This document shows positions 22,001-32,195 of a stretch of 64,000 nt of DNA, piece by piece. The notes below the pieces were generated by a model. That model saw only the letters and a list, made by a program, of their open reading frames with translations, did no database searches and had not been told where the DNA came from. Each line of letters starts with the position of its first letter. Within the stretch, counting starts at the first letter, position 1. Made by a program: the position numbers and the translations under genes. Origin of the DNA: Amphiscolops sp. MND2022 (lineage: Eukaryota); NCBI GenBank assembly GCA_964187785.1, contig OZ076409.1, forward strand, positions 96,102,001 through 96,166,000. The letters are read 5' to 3'.

Positions 22001-23824
22001 GCGCTAGCCGCGCCTCTACCGCCCAAGCCCCCACCCGTGCTGCAAAAGCACGAGGACTTCTACCCAGACTATCCAGAAGACTGGATAGACGTCACTACCG
22101 AGGCGAGCGAGGATTACCTGCTGCCAACGCATGCAGCAAATATCCCCTCTCGTACTATTTATTCCGTGGCGGGAACGAATAACGCCACGCTGCGAAATTC
22201 CCCTTGTGGTGTGCGAGAGTCAATCATGGCCCTCAAGGACATTGACACAGAGCTCCATGAATACACTCATACCGTACATGGGATCAAGGATTTGGTCCTA
22301 GCCCAAAACCGTGACGTCCATGTGCTAGCATTGAAAAAGCTCGTGCAATGTGAACCCATAGATAACGATGTGTTTCCCGAGAACGTGCGTGAATTCGCAC
22401 GCAACTATTTTCGTCAGAAAAAGGACCTCTTGTTCATAAACAAGAATGACGTCCTTTGTGTGCAATACTCGCCCACTCAACGCCCACTGCACGAACGTCC
22501 GTGCATGATTGTAATGCCTCAACTATACCAGCATGAAATTCTGTTCCGTGCGCACGACGCCATGGGACATCAAGGCATCTCAAAGGTGGTTGCTCGAATT
22601 CAAGAGCGCCACACCTGGCCCGGCATACGGCGTAGTGTCGGTCGATACGTCGGCCAATGCCTCACCTGTCAACAAGTGCGCGACAAGCACGGTGACGTAC
22701 GATTTCAACTGAAAAACATTCAGAGTGGCTATTTCAACGAGTTGGTCCAGTATGACCACTTGAAAATCTGCCCCTCTGATAACAACAACACCGGCATTTC
22801 GGTCATCATCGACCACTTTTCTAAATTTGCAGAGGCAGTCCCATGTAGTCATCTTGACTATGACGCTGTGACCACCTCACGATTGCTGCTGCAGAAATGG
22901 TTTGCCCGCCATGGCACCCCTACTCGCATGCAATCCGACAACGCCCCAAACCTGACTGCTGAAGTCGCTAATGAGTTCTTGAAGGCAGCTCACGTCACTA
23001 AAGTGACCTCCACCGCCGGACATCCCCGAACTCAAGGTTTGGTGGAACGACAAAACCGCACCCTGTTAACCTTATTGCGAGTCTTTTACTCGCGCCGCAT
23101 GCGCGACTGGGACCAGTGCCTAGATGAAGTAATTGGTGCTTATAATTCAACCAGGCACGCCACTACTGGCTTCTCGCCCTACATGTTGACTAGAGGTGTT
23201 GAGAAAGCGATTCCCCTCACCTTTTTGTACCCCGAATTTGCAGCCAAATCCTTTGATACGCATGAAGCATACGTGGATCATGTGTTGGCTCGTCAACAAG
23301 AAATTCACGATTTGGTCCGGCGCAATACGCACCAGGCCCAACTACGCCAAAAATTAAAGTATGATCGTGCTATTCAGGCACGGGCCTACCAGCCGGGAGA
23401 GCTTGTCTGGGTCTTTTGCCGCTATGTGCCGCAAAAGGGCTCCCCCAAGCTGATGCGTGCCTGGCGTGGCCCGCACAAAGTAGTACAGGTCTTTCAGGAA
23501 GGACGTGTCTACGTGTTGGACACAGGCCAGAAGGTTCATTTTGAGCGCCTGAAACCTCATCACAGTGGGCCCCTCGAGCTCGCCGCCGCGCAAGCGGACA
23601 GCGGCAAAATCGTGGTGCTCATGGACCCTGACCCTGAACGTTCTATCGATGTGGTTGATGATGATAAATCTCAGCCTTCCTATAAAACTGAACAATTACG
23701 TTCAGAGGCATCTGACGCATCCTTGCCTTCACGCAGACACCATTGGATGGATACCCGCTTACGCACAAAGTTGCGTGCTGGAGGTGCTGGAACTATCCGA
23801 AGTCATGTTGCCGATACCTCCTGA
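19061..23824 (+). CDS. pol: Pol of element B (PR-RT-RNase H-integrase), in the -1 frame relative to gag
   Basis: LVDTGSG, YIDD, DTDAS, H-H-C-C zinc finger, SDN and GLVER of the DDE core, and WRGPH (GPY/F-like). Confidence 0.95.
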   Translation: MLAAEQVRRPTLTLAKLWVELTVLYKRMELLRSKQWYVPGESETLTTYSPVPVCATMDGVDVKFEACVVVDVFPPGLCLGPQELKCYNINHQEPTGEARIDERASLVVSFVVPHAAPIPLRGLVDTGSGVSILTFSAFNRVAARTGAVLKPYQIDLYAANGKTIKTFGLAEQVRFQLRGYELETNFVVVDDAMGVEDFLLGRNFLRSYQVLVDLTSMKIVVRAPVKPVWHHAHAQVGDASLTTPVTLDCDLVQQPFERTVAKAKLVTDTLEPLIFQTVALNASLSDPSLQNTIFLEDSVATVSETGTLYVSLINLTSNQQRVRCGAHLGTVVPVSLVYRAVPQNLDATAKTDHETEADNGRANFVYKVYSEMNLSTASELTSSSEFEFLSSTDPSESGLSEREIRKRTDPDLLAPIPGPDSQLQEVKKLWGASAYESLDNILNEFDDLFMKRKAEIGRCIIAKHTIEVEPGAVPHREGARRMSPEKAERANQEVRSLLALGMIQPSLSPWASGIVMVKNKSGELRFCCDFRPLNEVTIKDAYPLPRIDESLARLGNAKIYTSIDLAWAFWQIPLRKADRHKTAFACELGLFEWRRMPFDLCNASATFQRAIARVLQKIVNRKGSMVMAYIDDIVIATETVEDHMARLRGVFECLREAGFKMRVAKCDFMKSEIKYLGRVVSAEGVKPDPKAVAKLREWEIPRNKTEMQSFLGFANYYREFIPWHAKLVAPLHAVTGLNATFAWGPEQQKAFNEIKKALIEATALAQPDSEGEFVLDTDASAVAISGILHQWQGAPGERRLRPIVYGSKKLTTTQAKYGAPKLEMFAAYYFILKNHSYLCPRKFTLRVDNQALSWLKTYSTDQALIGRWIMTLDKYHFRVEHRPRTQHRNADGLSKRTNDYRCREKQLAQLPAAGERWNFLSAEEFDNLPIAPWFDLQGRIIPYHPDLPAHLQNLEPRAPDQALRVLRRVQRANRRERQAKALAAPLPPKPPPVLQKHEDFYPDYPEDWIDVTTEASEDYLLPTHAANIPSRTIYSVAGTNNATLRNSPCGVRESIMALKDIDTELHEYTHTVHGIKDLVLAQNRDVHVLALKKLVQCEPIDNDVFPENVREFARNYFRQKKDLLFINKNDVLCVQYSPTQRPLHERPCMIVMPQLYQHEILFRAHDAMGHQGISKVVARIQERHTWPGIRRSVGRYVGQCLTCQQVRDKHGDVRFQLKNIQSGYFNELVQYDHLKICPSDNNNTGISVIIDHFSKFAEAVPCSHLDYDAVTTSRLLLQKWFARHGTPTRMQSDNAPNLTAEVANEFLKAAHVTKVTSTAGHPRTQGLVERQNRTLLTLLRVFYSRRMRDWDQCLDEVIGAYNSTRHATTGFSPYMLTRGVEKAIPLTFLYPEFAAKSFDTHEAYVDHVLARQQEIHDLVRRNTHQAQLRQKLKYDRAIQARAYQPGELVWVFCRYVPQKGSPKLMRAWRGPHKVVQVFQEGRVYVLDTGQKVHFERLKPHHSGPLELAAAQADSGKIVVLMDPDPERSIDVVDDDKSQPSYKTEQLRSEASDASLPSRRHHWMDTRLRTKLRAGGAGTIRSHVADTS

Positions 23825-25692
23825 TCCCATTGATCCTGATCGACGAGAGCCTGAAGTCCCCCACTCTCCTTCAGATCAATCGCCATCACCTACCCATCGT
23901 CTACCTCAACTATTCTCAGACCATGAGCGTGCGCGCTCTCCGTCACCACGAATATCTTCCCCAGAGAAACAGTCCTCCTTATTAGGAACATCAGCCCCAC
24001 TATTGACAAACCCATCATTGACGAGTTTCCTCAACAACTATCCTATTTGGCCAACTGTTCCTTCACTTCCTCTGAAGTCCGCCAGCGAGGACGACGACGC
24101 TCAGTCCAATGTGCCTACCCTTCCCTCGACGTTACCAGAAGCGGGGACCGCTCCTTCTCTCAAAAGGGGGAGGGGGAGACCACCCAAAACGCGAAAACGG
24201 CTGGTCAAAGCAAAGGCAAGAACAAGAAAGGAGACAACAGTGCCATCAGAAACCGCAATGCCGACCGAGGCTTCCGAAGTCCCTCGATACCAGTTGAGAA
24301 GCAGGCGGCAGCCACGTTACAAATGTGGAACCTGTGGGCTACGAGACTGTGTCTGCTTGCTAGCCGTCAATGAGAACCGGAGGGTTCCCACTGGAGCCCG
24401 GGGAGTTCCTCCGGAGCGGGGAGAAACTCTAGTGCATCGCCTTACGGTGAGAGCTGAAAAGACCTATTCATCCCTGGAACGATCCGGAGACTATCCCGTG
24501 GATACTATTCTGGAGAGGTTATCACCACCTGGAGTAGCAAAAGCTCCATGCCCCCGATTCAAGGAGTGGACTAGCGACGGGAAAGGGAAGAGTTTACCCT
24601 TGCCACGGTGATGCCCCCAGTACCCAGTAATATCGCCTTCGGACCATTCAACTTTGAGCGGGAGCCTGTGCGGATGGTCCGATGCATCACCGCTGATCTT
24701 CTCGGCGATAAATACGGAATTCATGTGGATCCGGGCGGGGTGTACAGCCCAGCGCCGCACTGGTGGTTGATGGTTACTGCTCCACGAGTGGAGGCAATAG
24801 TGGAACCGCTGCACCTGCTGTCCTGTTTGGAAGGTCTGAGGACCCTAACTACCGCGGACTTGATACTTTGCGTCCACATCATAGACTGGTATCGTGGCAA
24901 AGTGAAGTTCGCGTGGTGGTTGGAACTCATCATCACCTGTTTCACCGATTATCCTCGCATTAGATTGCTGGACGAGTAGACTCACACCTTCGAAGTCCAG
25001 CTTTCCCCAAAAGCCGCTTTAAGCACTCTGGACACATGGGTCAAAGCGAGCAGTGATAATCGAGCAATGCCACGCTCGGTGTGGCAAGACCTGGCTGCAG
25101 TCCAGGGGCGTATGCCCCGCGTATGCTTGCCTGCCGACAATGGGCCGGGGAGAGAAATTATCTACCCAGGAGCTCTGTATCCAGCCCCAACAGAGCACCT
25201 CCCATATGATGTGACTGATTTCCTACAAGCCGAAGGTGATATAGTGTTAGCGTGTCCGGCTGACCTAGAGACTAACTCAGACGCCCTACGGTACGTGCTA
25301 CGGGAGTGTGGTAAGGAGAATGTGTTCTCCCTACGTTCCAAGGTGGGAGAAATTCTCACAATCCCCCTGATATCAATCCTAACCCCAATCAGAGTATTCA
25401 CTTAATAATAATTAGAGCAAACCAGCGTGCGCCGCTGCTCACCGACGACTACCTACGTTGTATGACACACTTGATACAGCGTTTGATAGAGAAAGGATCC
25501 ACGAGGGTCCACCTACCTATATTGGATCCAGAACGACCCGCCTTCTCACTGGTGAACCTGTACCATACCCTAACGAATTTGCTTGAGGGTACTGGCATTC
25601 ACGTGGTGCTGCACAACCGCGTGTACGTGTCCATCCTGAACATCGGGCCGGAACAGCCTGCCCAAAGCTCTTTTCTGTTGCCCCCTCCCTAA
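23780..25692 (+). pseudogene. Disrupted C-terminal extension of element B pol: AT-hook, Cys motif and two macro-like domains
   Basis: Contiguous ORFs 23565-24611, 24608-24979, 25067-25405 and 25462-25692 are joined by three frameshifts and one in-frame TAG; KRGRGRPPK and CGTCGLRDCVC motifs. Confidence 0.7.
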
Positions 25693-25908
25693 TTTCCCCG
25701 CTCTGGTAACAGTCATACCCGGGAGGAAGTCTTAAACTATCCCCCGAAATGATTAACTTAATGTGATGTTCACTTGTAACACTTTCTTGGTTCTAGTTAG
25801 TTAGTTGAACTATAATTTAAATTCATAGCGGTTCCCTTATGGAGCCACCTTGCACCATCGTAACTGGATGATGAGCCCTAAGCTCTCCCCAGAATGCACC
25901 TAGTAAGC

Positions 25909-25928
25909 CTAACGGTAATCCTTTTTAG
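25909..25928 (+). promoter_or_regulatory. Candidate splice acceptor for a subgenomic ORF3 mRNA
   Basis: CTAAC branch-point motif followed by cctttttAG, 12 nt before the ORF3 ATG. Confidence 0.5.
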
Positions 25929-25940
25929 ACCTATGATATA

Positions 25941-28811
25941 ATGGCTTGTGACCCCAACAACTCGGTGCCTATCATCACTGCGGGACCTCATAGCAATAGG
26001 TCTCAAGAAATGCCTGCGCGAGCGCAGAGGACTAATCAAGTCCAATATGTAGAAGAGCGAATAAGGAACGGCCTTTCACCGTTAGCGGTAGCGGGTGTGG
26101 CCGCCCTGCTTACTCAGCTAGATACGATGCAGACGCTGCCTGGTGTATCTGTGTCTCTTGTGACGGAAGTAGCTGGCAATCGTCGCACGCTAACCTGCCA
26201 GAACAATGCTTGGGATGGACATGACTTGACGCATCAATTCCTAGACGAACGCTCTACCACAATGCTTGGCCCCAGCCAAGGCACGAGGTTCGAGCAGGAA
26301 GCTTCCCTGTGCATGGTACCTGCCAACGCTGCAACGATGCCACCACAGATGGTCGCATTGCCTCCACCAGAACCGCAGCCGATACCAATGACGCCGACTT
26401 ACTCCGGCTCGCCTGCCTTTGGGACAGCGTACCGGGCGCCACATATGGTATTGCAAACTACAACCAGTGCACCAGTCTCTGATCGGGAGCCCTCAGGGTC
26501 CCGGGTCCCACCTATACCAAATCCAGACCTGACTGGAAGAACCGGCGAACAGGCCGTAATTGTGGCATTACAAGCAGTAGCCAATTATCCGAACTCCTCC
26601 GAATTCGTCCGTGCAGTAGAGCAAAGGATCCCTGGACTAGCCACTTATCTGCTAGCTGCCGCTCAGCCCTCGGGCTGTGATCCTCCTGCTCCTCTGGTAG
26701 AAACAGCATCTATGGATGTAGAAAATGTTGCTGGACCAAGCAATAGCGCAAGCGCTGTTACTGGCGCTCGAGAAGAAGCCGGGAGGAAGCGACTCACCGA
26801 ACAAACTACCTCAGTCACCCAGGCTGGCTCTGTAACCGAGAGTCCAACTAGTCGTCTCCCTCCTGACAAGCGCGCAGATGTTCCTCGACCCCAGCTGAAG
26901 AGTGTAGTCATCCCTAGGCCCCTGTATAGAGTGGGTCATCTAGGTCCAGGTGCGCCTCAGATGTCTTTAGCAGACGCGATTGAGCAGTATGGAGATCCGG
27001 ATGCAGGCTCGGAAGTGAGCTCTGTGCCCTCGGGCACGAATCTAGCAGATATGGCCCTGGAGATACCTGAGACAATAGAGGAGAATCGCCCTCCAGCCTT
27101 CCTCCCTCCCTCTGATGACGTATCCGGTTCAGTAGTCACAAATGACAGCAAGCGCATGTGGATGGCAGCTGAGCACCTTTACCCCAGTCAATATGCAATA
27201 AAGAAAAGAGCCCCTCCCACCGAGACGGAGCAAAAGGAAATTATTCGGACTACGATACCGGCGCAAGTCACACGTTCGCTGCGCCCTCGTGACGCAGATA
27301 TGTCGGAGCAGGCTTGGGAACAGCGTGCCCGAGAGCAACTGCCCATGACGACTAACAACTACATGGCCCCCCTGCAACATAACATCACCGAGCAGTTTCC
27401 CGCGCGGTACGTGTTGCGAGAAGGTGAGACCTGGGAAGCGAACGCCCGCTACGCCCGCAATTTAAGATCTTTGAAGCCCCTATTGAAAGCAGCTTTGCAG
27501 CGCGCGCGCTACTGTATGGCGGTCGATTCTACCTGCCGGAGTGATCTGCCCATTGACAACTTAATGTCCGACGTGCTAGTACTGACTATGCCTCTTTCCC
27601 GCTTCGCTGAGATCGCTGAGATGGTTGGAGCCATGTATGATCCGAACCTAAGGGGATCACAAAAGGAGCCACCCCCACAGCGCGTGATCTTCGCCAACCT
27701 TTTGGATCATATGACTTGCGAAGGGTTACTGCGCGATCTAGACGCCACAATGTCCGATGTCCGACGACCTGGAGACATTGCAGCCTTGGTAAATGAGGTT
27801 GTTGGTGCAATGGAACGTACCGCAGGGATCCTTCGGGGTCGCTTGGGAGCGCACGCGCTCTTTGTATCCCCGCCAGGATTTATGTACTGCCCACGAAGTC
27901 TGCAGCAGTTTGTCTACATTCTGCTGGAAGTCTGCAGAGCGCGCAGAGTCGAGTTCGCTATTTGTGCACCAAACCTGCGTGTGGACAGAGAAGACCTGCG
28001 CCCAGACCCCTTATCGTATCCAGCCTTCTTTGCTGCTGTATCTAGAGCGCTCGTCGCTGTAGAACGTTCAGGAAACGCCCAGCTAACCATCGACGACGCA
28101 AGCCTCTACGATCATGGAATGCGAATGGGCAGGATGGCCTTCGACTTAGACGGCAACCGCATCTCCCGAGAGTCAAATGTGACCGAACGAGAGGCTGTTC
28201 GTCGTTACAATTGGCTAGTGCGAAAGGACAAGGAAATTCCAGTGCGTGCGGAGCTAGCCGAGCTGACGAAACAAATCGGTGCATGGCCAGCAGCGCGCAC
28301 CGTTGAGAGGACAAATCCTCAGATCAACTTCGCCTCTGGAATCGAGCCCGTGAAGTTGTCCGTAGGACTACGGTGCATCATGGCAATTGAAGCAACAAAT
28401 CTGAAGGCTGAGGTCGACGCCGCCGCCACCACTTATGCCTACTGGTATCAGACCAGGTTTGCCACCTGGACTCTAGCAGAAGTAGCTCGAGAGCTCAACT
28501 GTCCGTTAGAAGCCTTTTGCACCAGTCTTGGTTTGGGATGGAACCTTGAAGTAATGACTTCAGAGTTTTCGCTTACTCCCACGCAAACAGACAAGCTCCT
28601 AGAAACTATTGGAGAAGCCACTGTCGGAGAAATACTAGCGCTCGCGCTAGCGATGGGTCCAACAAAGTTTGTCGCCGGACCACTAGCCCTATTAGTTGAC
28701 ATAGTGATTGCCTGTGATCTCACCGTATTCTACAGCTATCTGGTCCTGGCACAAAGGCAACTTCGCAGCCTGACCCGTTGGGGACATTTAATGACCTCAA
28801 AAGACCCCTGA
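25941..28811 (+). CDS. ORF3 of element B (956 aa) in the env position, with a putative SGNH-hydrolase-like domain
   Basis: Long intact ORF between pol and the 3' LTR with no evident signal peptide; SGNH-like motif order at ~27500-28055. Confidence 0.8.
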   Translation: MACDPNNSVPIITAGPHSNRSQEMPARAQRTNQVQYVEERIRNGLSPLAVAGVAALLTQLDTMQTLPGVSVSLVTEVAGNRRTLTCQNNAWDGHDLTHQFLDERSTTMLGPSQGTRFEQEASLCMVPANAATMPPQMVALPPPEPQPIPMTPTYSGSPAFGTAYRAPHMVLQTTTSAPVSDREPSGSRVPPIPNPDLTGRTGEQAVIVALQAVANYPNSSEFVRAVEQRIPGLATYLLAAAQPSGCDPPAPLVETASMDVENVAGPSNSASAVTGAREEAGRKRLTEQTTSVTQAGSVTESPTSRLPPDKRADVPRPQLKSVVIPRPLYRVGHLGPGAPQMSLADAIEQYGDPDAGSEVSSVPSGTNLADMALEIPETIEENRPPAFLPPSDDVSGSVVTNDSKRMWMAAEHLYPSQYAIKKRAPPTETEQKEIIRTTIPAQVTRSLRPRDADMSEQAWEQRAREQLPMTTNNYMAPLQHNITEQFPARYVLREGETWEANARYARNLRSLKPLLKAALQRARYCMAVDSTCRSDLPIDNLMSDVLVLTMPLSRFAEIAEMVGAMYDPNLRGSQKEPPPQRVIFANLLDHMTCEGLLRDLDATMSDVRRPGDIAALVNEVVGAMERTAGILRGRLGAHALFVSPPGFMYCPRSLQQFVYILLEVCRARRVEFAICAPNLRVDREDLRPDPLSYPAFFAAVSRALVAVERSGNAQLTIDDASLYDHGMRMGRMAFDLDGNRISRESNVTEREAVRRYNWLVRKDKEIPVRAELAELTKQIGAWPAARTVERTNPQINFASGIEPVKLSVGLRCIMAIEATNLKAEVDAAATTYAYWYQTRFATWTLAEVARELNCPLEAFCTSLGLGWNLEVMTSEFSLTPTQTDKLLETIGEATVGEILALALAMGPTKFVAGPLALLVDIVIACDLTVFYSYLVLAQRQLRSLTRWGHLMTSKDP

Positions 28812-29610
28812 TGATACCACTAAAGAGCGGGCCCGACGTAGCTCGGCTCAATGAACCCAGCCGCCAACGGGAGCGTTCGCGCTCCCTGTACAACTCGAAA
28901 AACTGCCAAACAAACAGTGCCTTAGAACTGTTAATCCAAAACGGTGCTACGATACGAAGTGCAATTTTTGTTCATAGTTATAGTTACATGATTAGTATAC
29001 CATTAGTGTTGCACTGGGTGTAAGGCCAATAGAGTGCGCCTGCCCCATGGTTTAAGCTACCAAGCAGAAAGAAAAGAAAGACTAATATTCAGAAAGCTGC
29101 TATTTTTGTTGCGCACCGTTCGCGGTGTTTTTGAGTTATCATGATCAAAAGAAGTTTTAGCCCTCTTGGTTACATCTTTCTTCTTTGTCTAGTGTTCTCT
29201 ATCAATTTGGTTGTTTACTGTAGGAGCCTGCAAGCTCTAAAAAAAGTTTTAAATCGCCAGAAACGAATTGAAAACTACTAATGCCAGATGGTTAGGAAAA
29301 GAAATTTTAGCTGACTTTGGTCGCAAAAAAAGTTTTTTACGAAAATTGGCTGCCCAGACGAGTTTTAACCTGCTGGAAACTTTAGCTCTCGAGCTGGTGC
29401 TAAAATCTCATTCGCGTTTTTGTAAAATAACTAGGCAGTAAGTTTTCCTTTGAGAAAAACCGCGAAAATTAACCAAAATTGTTGCCGAAAAACAAGGACT
29501 CGTCCTTGTTCCCTGAGGTATGGATAATGGTTCCCAGCAGTCACTGTGATGCAGTTTCCAGACGAGCCCAGACGCCGCTTGCCAGGGACGACAAGGAGCC
29601 CGGAGAGTGA

Positions 29611-30337
29611 TGTAACGGCAAGCTCTGGCACAGCAATATCAACCGACATATTCAGAAATTTTGTCAAAAATTCGTTCAAACCTGACGTGGCACTCGAACA
29701 TGCTCAAGACGAAGTACCTGCCAGAAAAAGCACCCCAGAAAATCAGAAATCGCCGCTCGCGACGAACAAGCACCGGAGACGACAAAAAAGACGTCCCCAA
29801 CGTGTACAGAACACGGTATTGTGTCTATCTCTAGGAGATATCCGTTACTACGGTAAAGAAAACCAGTGTTCCAGATGTTCGCCTGAGTGTTCCTGCGGTA
29901 TCCTGTGTGGCAACTAGCGCTAGCGCTGGGCTGCTGAAGTCAATTTCCATCAAATGACTCTGAACTCTTGATTTTTGTTGTATTTTTCGATGTGATAGAT
30001 TAATGTGCTCGAGAGCTGTTATTTAACATCTATTATCCAATTTGGCGATTTTATCAGATTCTCCAATACTACGGTTCAACCTTCACCGATTTTCAGCCCG
30101 ATTTTTAAAGGCTAGTTGAGCAGTGGTCTTGAGTCATGCAAGATGCCTGTTACTTTTAGCAGTTACAGACTAGGACCAGGCCAGAGAGTATCCTACAAGA
30201 CGGTTCCCCCACCTTGGGACTGGCTCCTTCGGAGGGAAAATGAGCTAGAGCCGCGGAGATCTAGGTCCCAGATTATATTCGCTGTTCTAGTTCCTCCACT
30301 CTAAGTCGCGGTTCAAGCGCCAGCGCTTATCGTTACA
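29611..30337 (+). repeat. 3' LTR of element B (727 bp)
   Basis: Matches 13112-13819; preceded by a weak purine-rich tract (aaggagcccggagag). Confidence 0.95.
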
Positions 30338-31266
30338 GAGTATGGTCAGCCTGGAACCTTAAAATTTTATGGCCCAGAGTATGATCAACTAGTTTTTGTA
30401 TGGAAGAAAAACCCGGGTTCATATATTGGAAAATTATAGGCTTCTCTAGTTCGGCATTTTTTCCAAATTTGTCATAGCTTAACATTATACTGGAAAAAGA
30501 AAGAGTTTCTTCCATTGAATTCAACTACAAAAAACATATGTTTGGTAGCATAAGTGTTTATGGAGATGTTTGAACTATTCATAGAAAGGTGGCTAGATTT
30601 TTTGAATAAAAAACAAAATCAATAAAATCAATTTTTGTTCAAATTTTCAAATTTGTATACTTTCGGAACAATATCTGAATGCTAAAATAGCGTATAAAAA
30701 GCCCTTTTTAAAGTTACCACCAAAATTGTGCGAAATTTGAATGAAACTTTCCATCAATTTCGCTTTTTCTGATGAGTTCTTTCAATGACTTTTTCAAGCA
30801 TGTTGCTGGAATATGACGGGGCGGAAAATATCCCGTTGCTTAGCAGGCGTTTTGTTAACGTAAAGATTAAATTTTCGAATGTGTTAATTGTATTTTTTTA
30901 TTCCTGGATCAAAATTCATGAAGTTTCCATGTAATTCCATTCACGGAACCACGACATCCATGCTTTTTAAACGCTTCCATACACGGAACCACATGGTAAC
31001 ATGCATGGAATCCTTGGAAACCATACGCGGCTTTATGGCACGGTTTGGGTTTATTTGACCTTGTATGGAATCGCACGAAACTTCATGATAATTCGGATTT
31101 GCTTTAAAACCCAGATGAGTTTTGACAAAAGGAGGGATTTCACGGAATCTACGAAAGAGAAACGCCACCCGTGTATTACCCAAAAAGACACCCTTATGTC
31201 AAGTTTTTGTAATTTATAAATATAAAGAGAAAACGTATATAGCAGAAAATAGCTAGCAAAACTAGC

Positions 31267-31525
31267 CTGCGTGTTTGAGCAGAAACTCTTTGAAGTCGTT
31301 TTCGTCGTTCTTGATGTCGTTCTGAATCGATCTCAGTTCTTCGTACCTCTTGCGACACGAGTGAAGTTGATCGGAGACCTCCGAGAGCTTGTCAATCACT
31401 CGCTTGTGGGGCTCTAATGATGGATCCAAGTCATCGTTGTACATCTGGTAACGAGCCCGGAAGTTCTCAATCGCCTCCTCGGCAGCTTCGAGAATCAAGG
31501 GCTCTGATTGGTCGGACTGAGACTC
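31267..31525 (-). CDS. Internal exon of the host gene
   Basis: Acceptor tcgttttgaAG (phase 0); open frame ESQSDQSEPLILEAAEEAIENFRARYQMY...; candidate GC donor CAG|GCTAGT (phase 1). Confidence 0.6.
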
Positions 31526-31766
31526 CTTCAAAACGATAATAACTTCAAAAAAGAATACACAATAACTGGCAAAATCTACAGTACTGTCATAAATTATTGC
31601 GACCCTTGATTGTAAAAACTCAATTGATCCTGGATAAGATTAAAATCTTCTGAACGAAACTGTAATTTTTCGAAACTGAAAGTTTAATATAGTTTTATGC
31701 TGATTGCAACCATATTTGAAAATGCTGAGATCAATATACAAAAACTTACAAACTATACATTTACTA

Positions 31767-31898
31767 CCCTAGGTTGAAAAAATGTAATTCTTGAAAATAT
31801 CTTGCAAGACGTCTTGCAAGATCTTGCAAGTCAATGCATTATTCTTGCAAATTGTCTTGCAAGATGAGTGCAAGATTTCAATTTTTTCCAAACTAGGG
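31767..31898. mobile_element. Small MITE-like element
   Basis: Imperfect TIRs CCCTAGGTTGAAAAAA / TTTTTTCCAAACTAGGG flanked by TA on both sides; internal palindromic TCTTGCAAGA repeats. Confidence 0.6.
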
Positions 31899-32195
31899 TA
31901 ATGATTCCGCTTCTAACTTATTTTGCTTCAATTTTCGCAAGCGTTGAGAGTTGAAATGAATAATTATAAACATGAAAAAGTTCCCACGGAAAAAAATCGA
32001 GAAAAAGGTCTAATTTACTGAAGATAATTAATCTAATAGGGCAGTGATGGCCAGTTTCGTGCAGTTATTAATAGATTCAAAAAGGAACTCAAATATATTT
32101 GGATTTTCGTCACTGTCTTAAGACTGCTGTTAGGCAGTTATGGTCAGTTTTACGAAGTTTTGAACTCTAGTTTTGAATGTTTACTCGAATCTCAC

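Larger units (their letters stand above)
13112..30337 (+). mobile_element. Full-length Ty3/Gypsy LTR retrotransposon B (17.2 kb) with a third ORF
   Basis: Paired LTRs TGTAACG...CGTTACA, tRNA-Arg-like PBS, gag, pol (PR-RT-RH-IN) and ORF3; flanks share (CA)GAG. Confidence 0.97.

Noticed and set aside
28600..28760. Hydrophobic C-terminal stretch of ORF3 as evidence for a classical env
   Set aside because: No signal peptide or clear furin-site/fusion-peptide arrangement, and the stretch is interrupted by charged residues.
29546..29917. ORFs overlapping the LTRs of element B (also 13101-13412)
   Set aside because: Both start outside the LTR at different codons and have no recognisable features; probably incidental.
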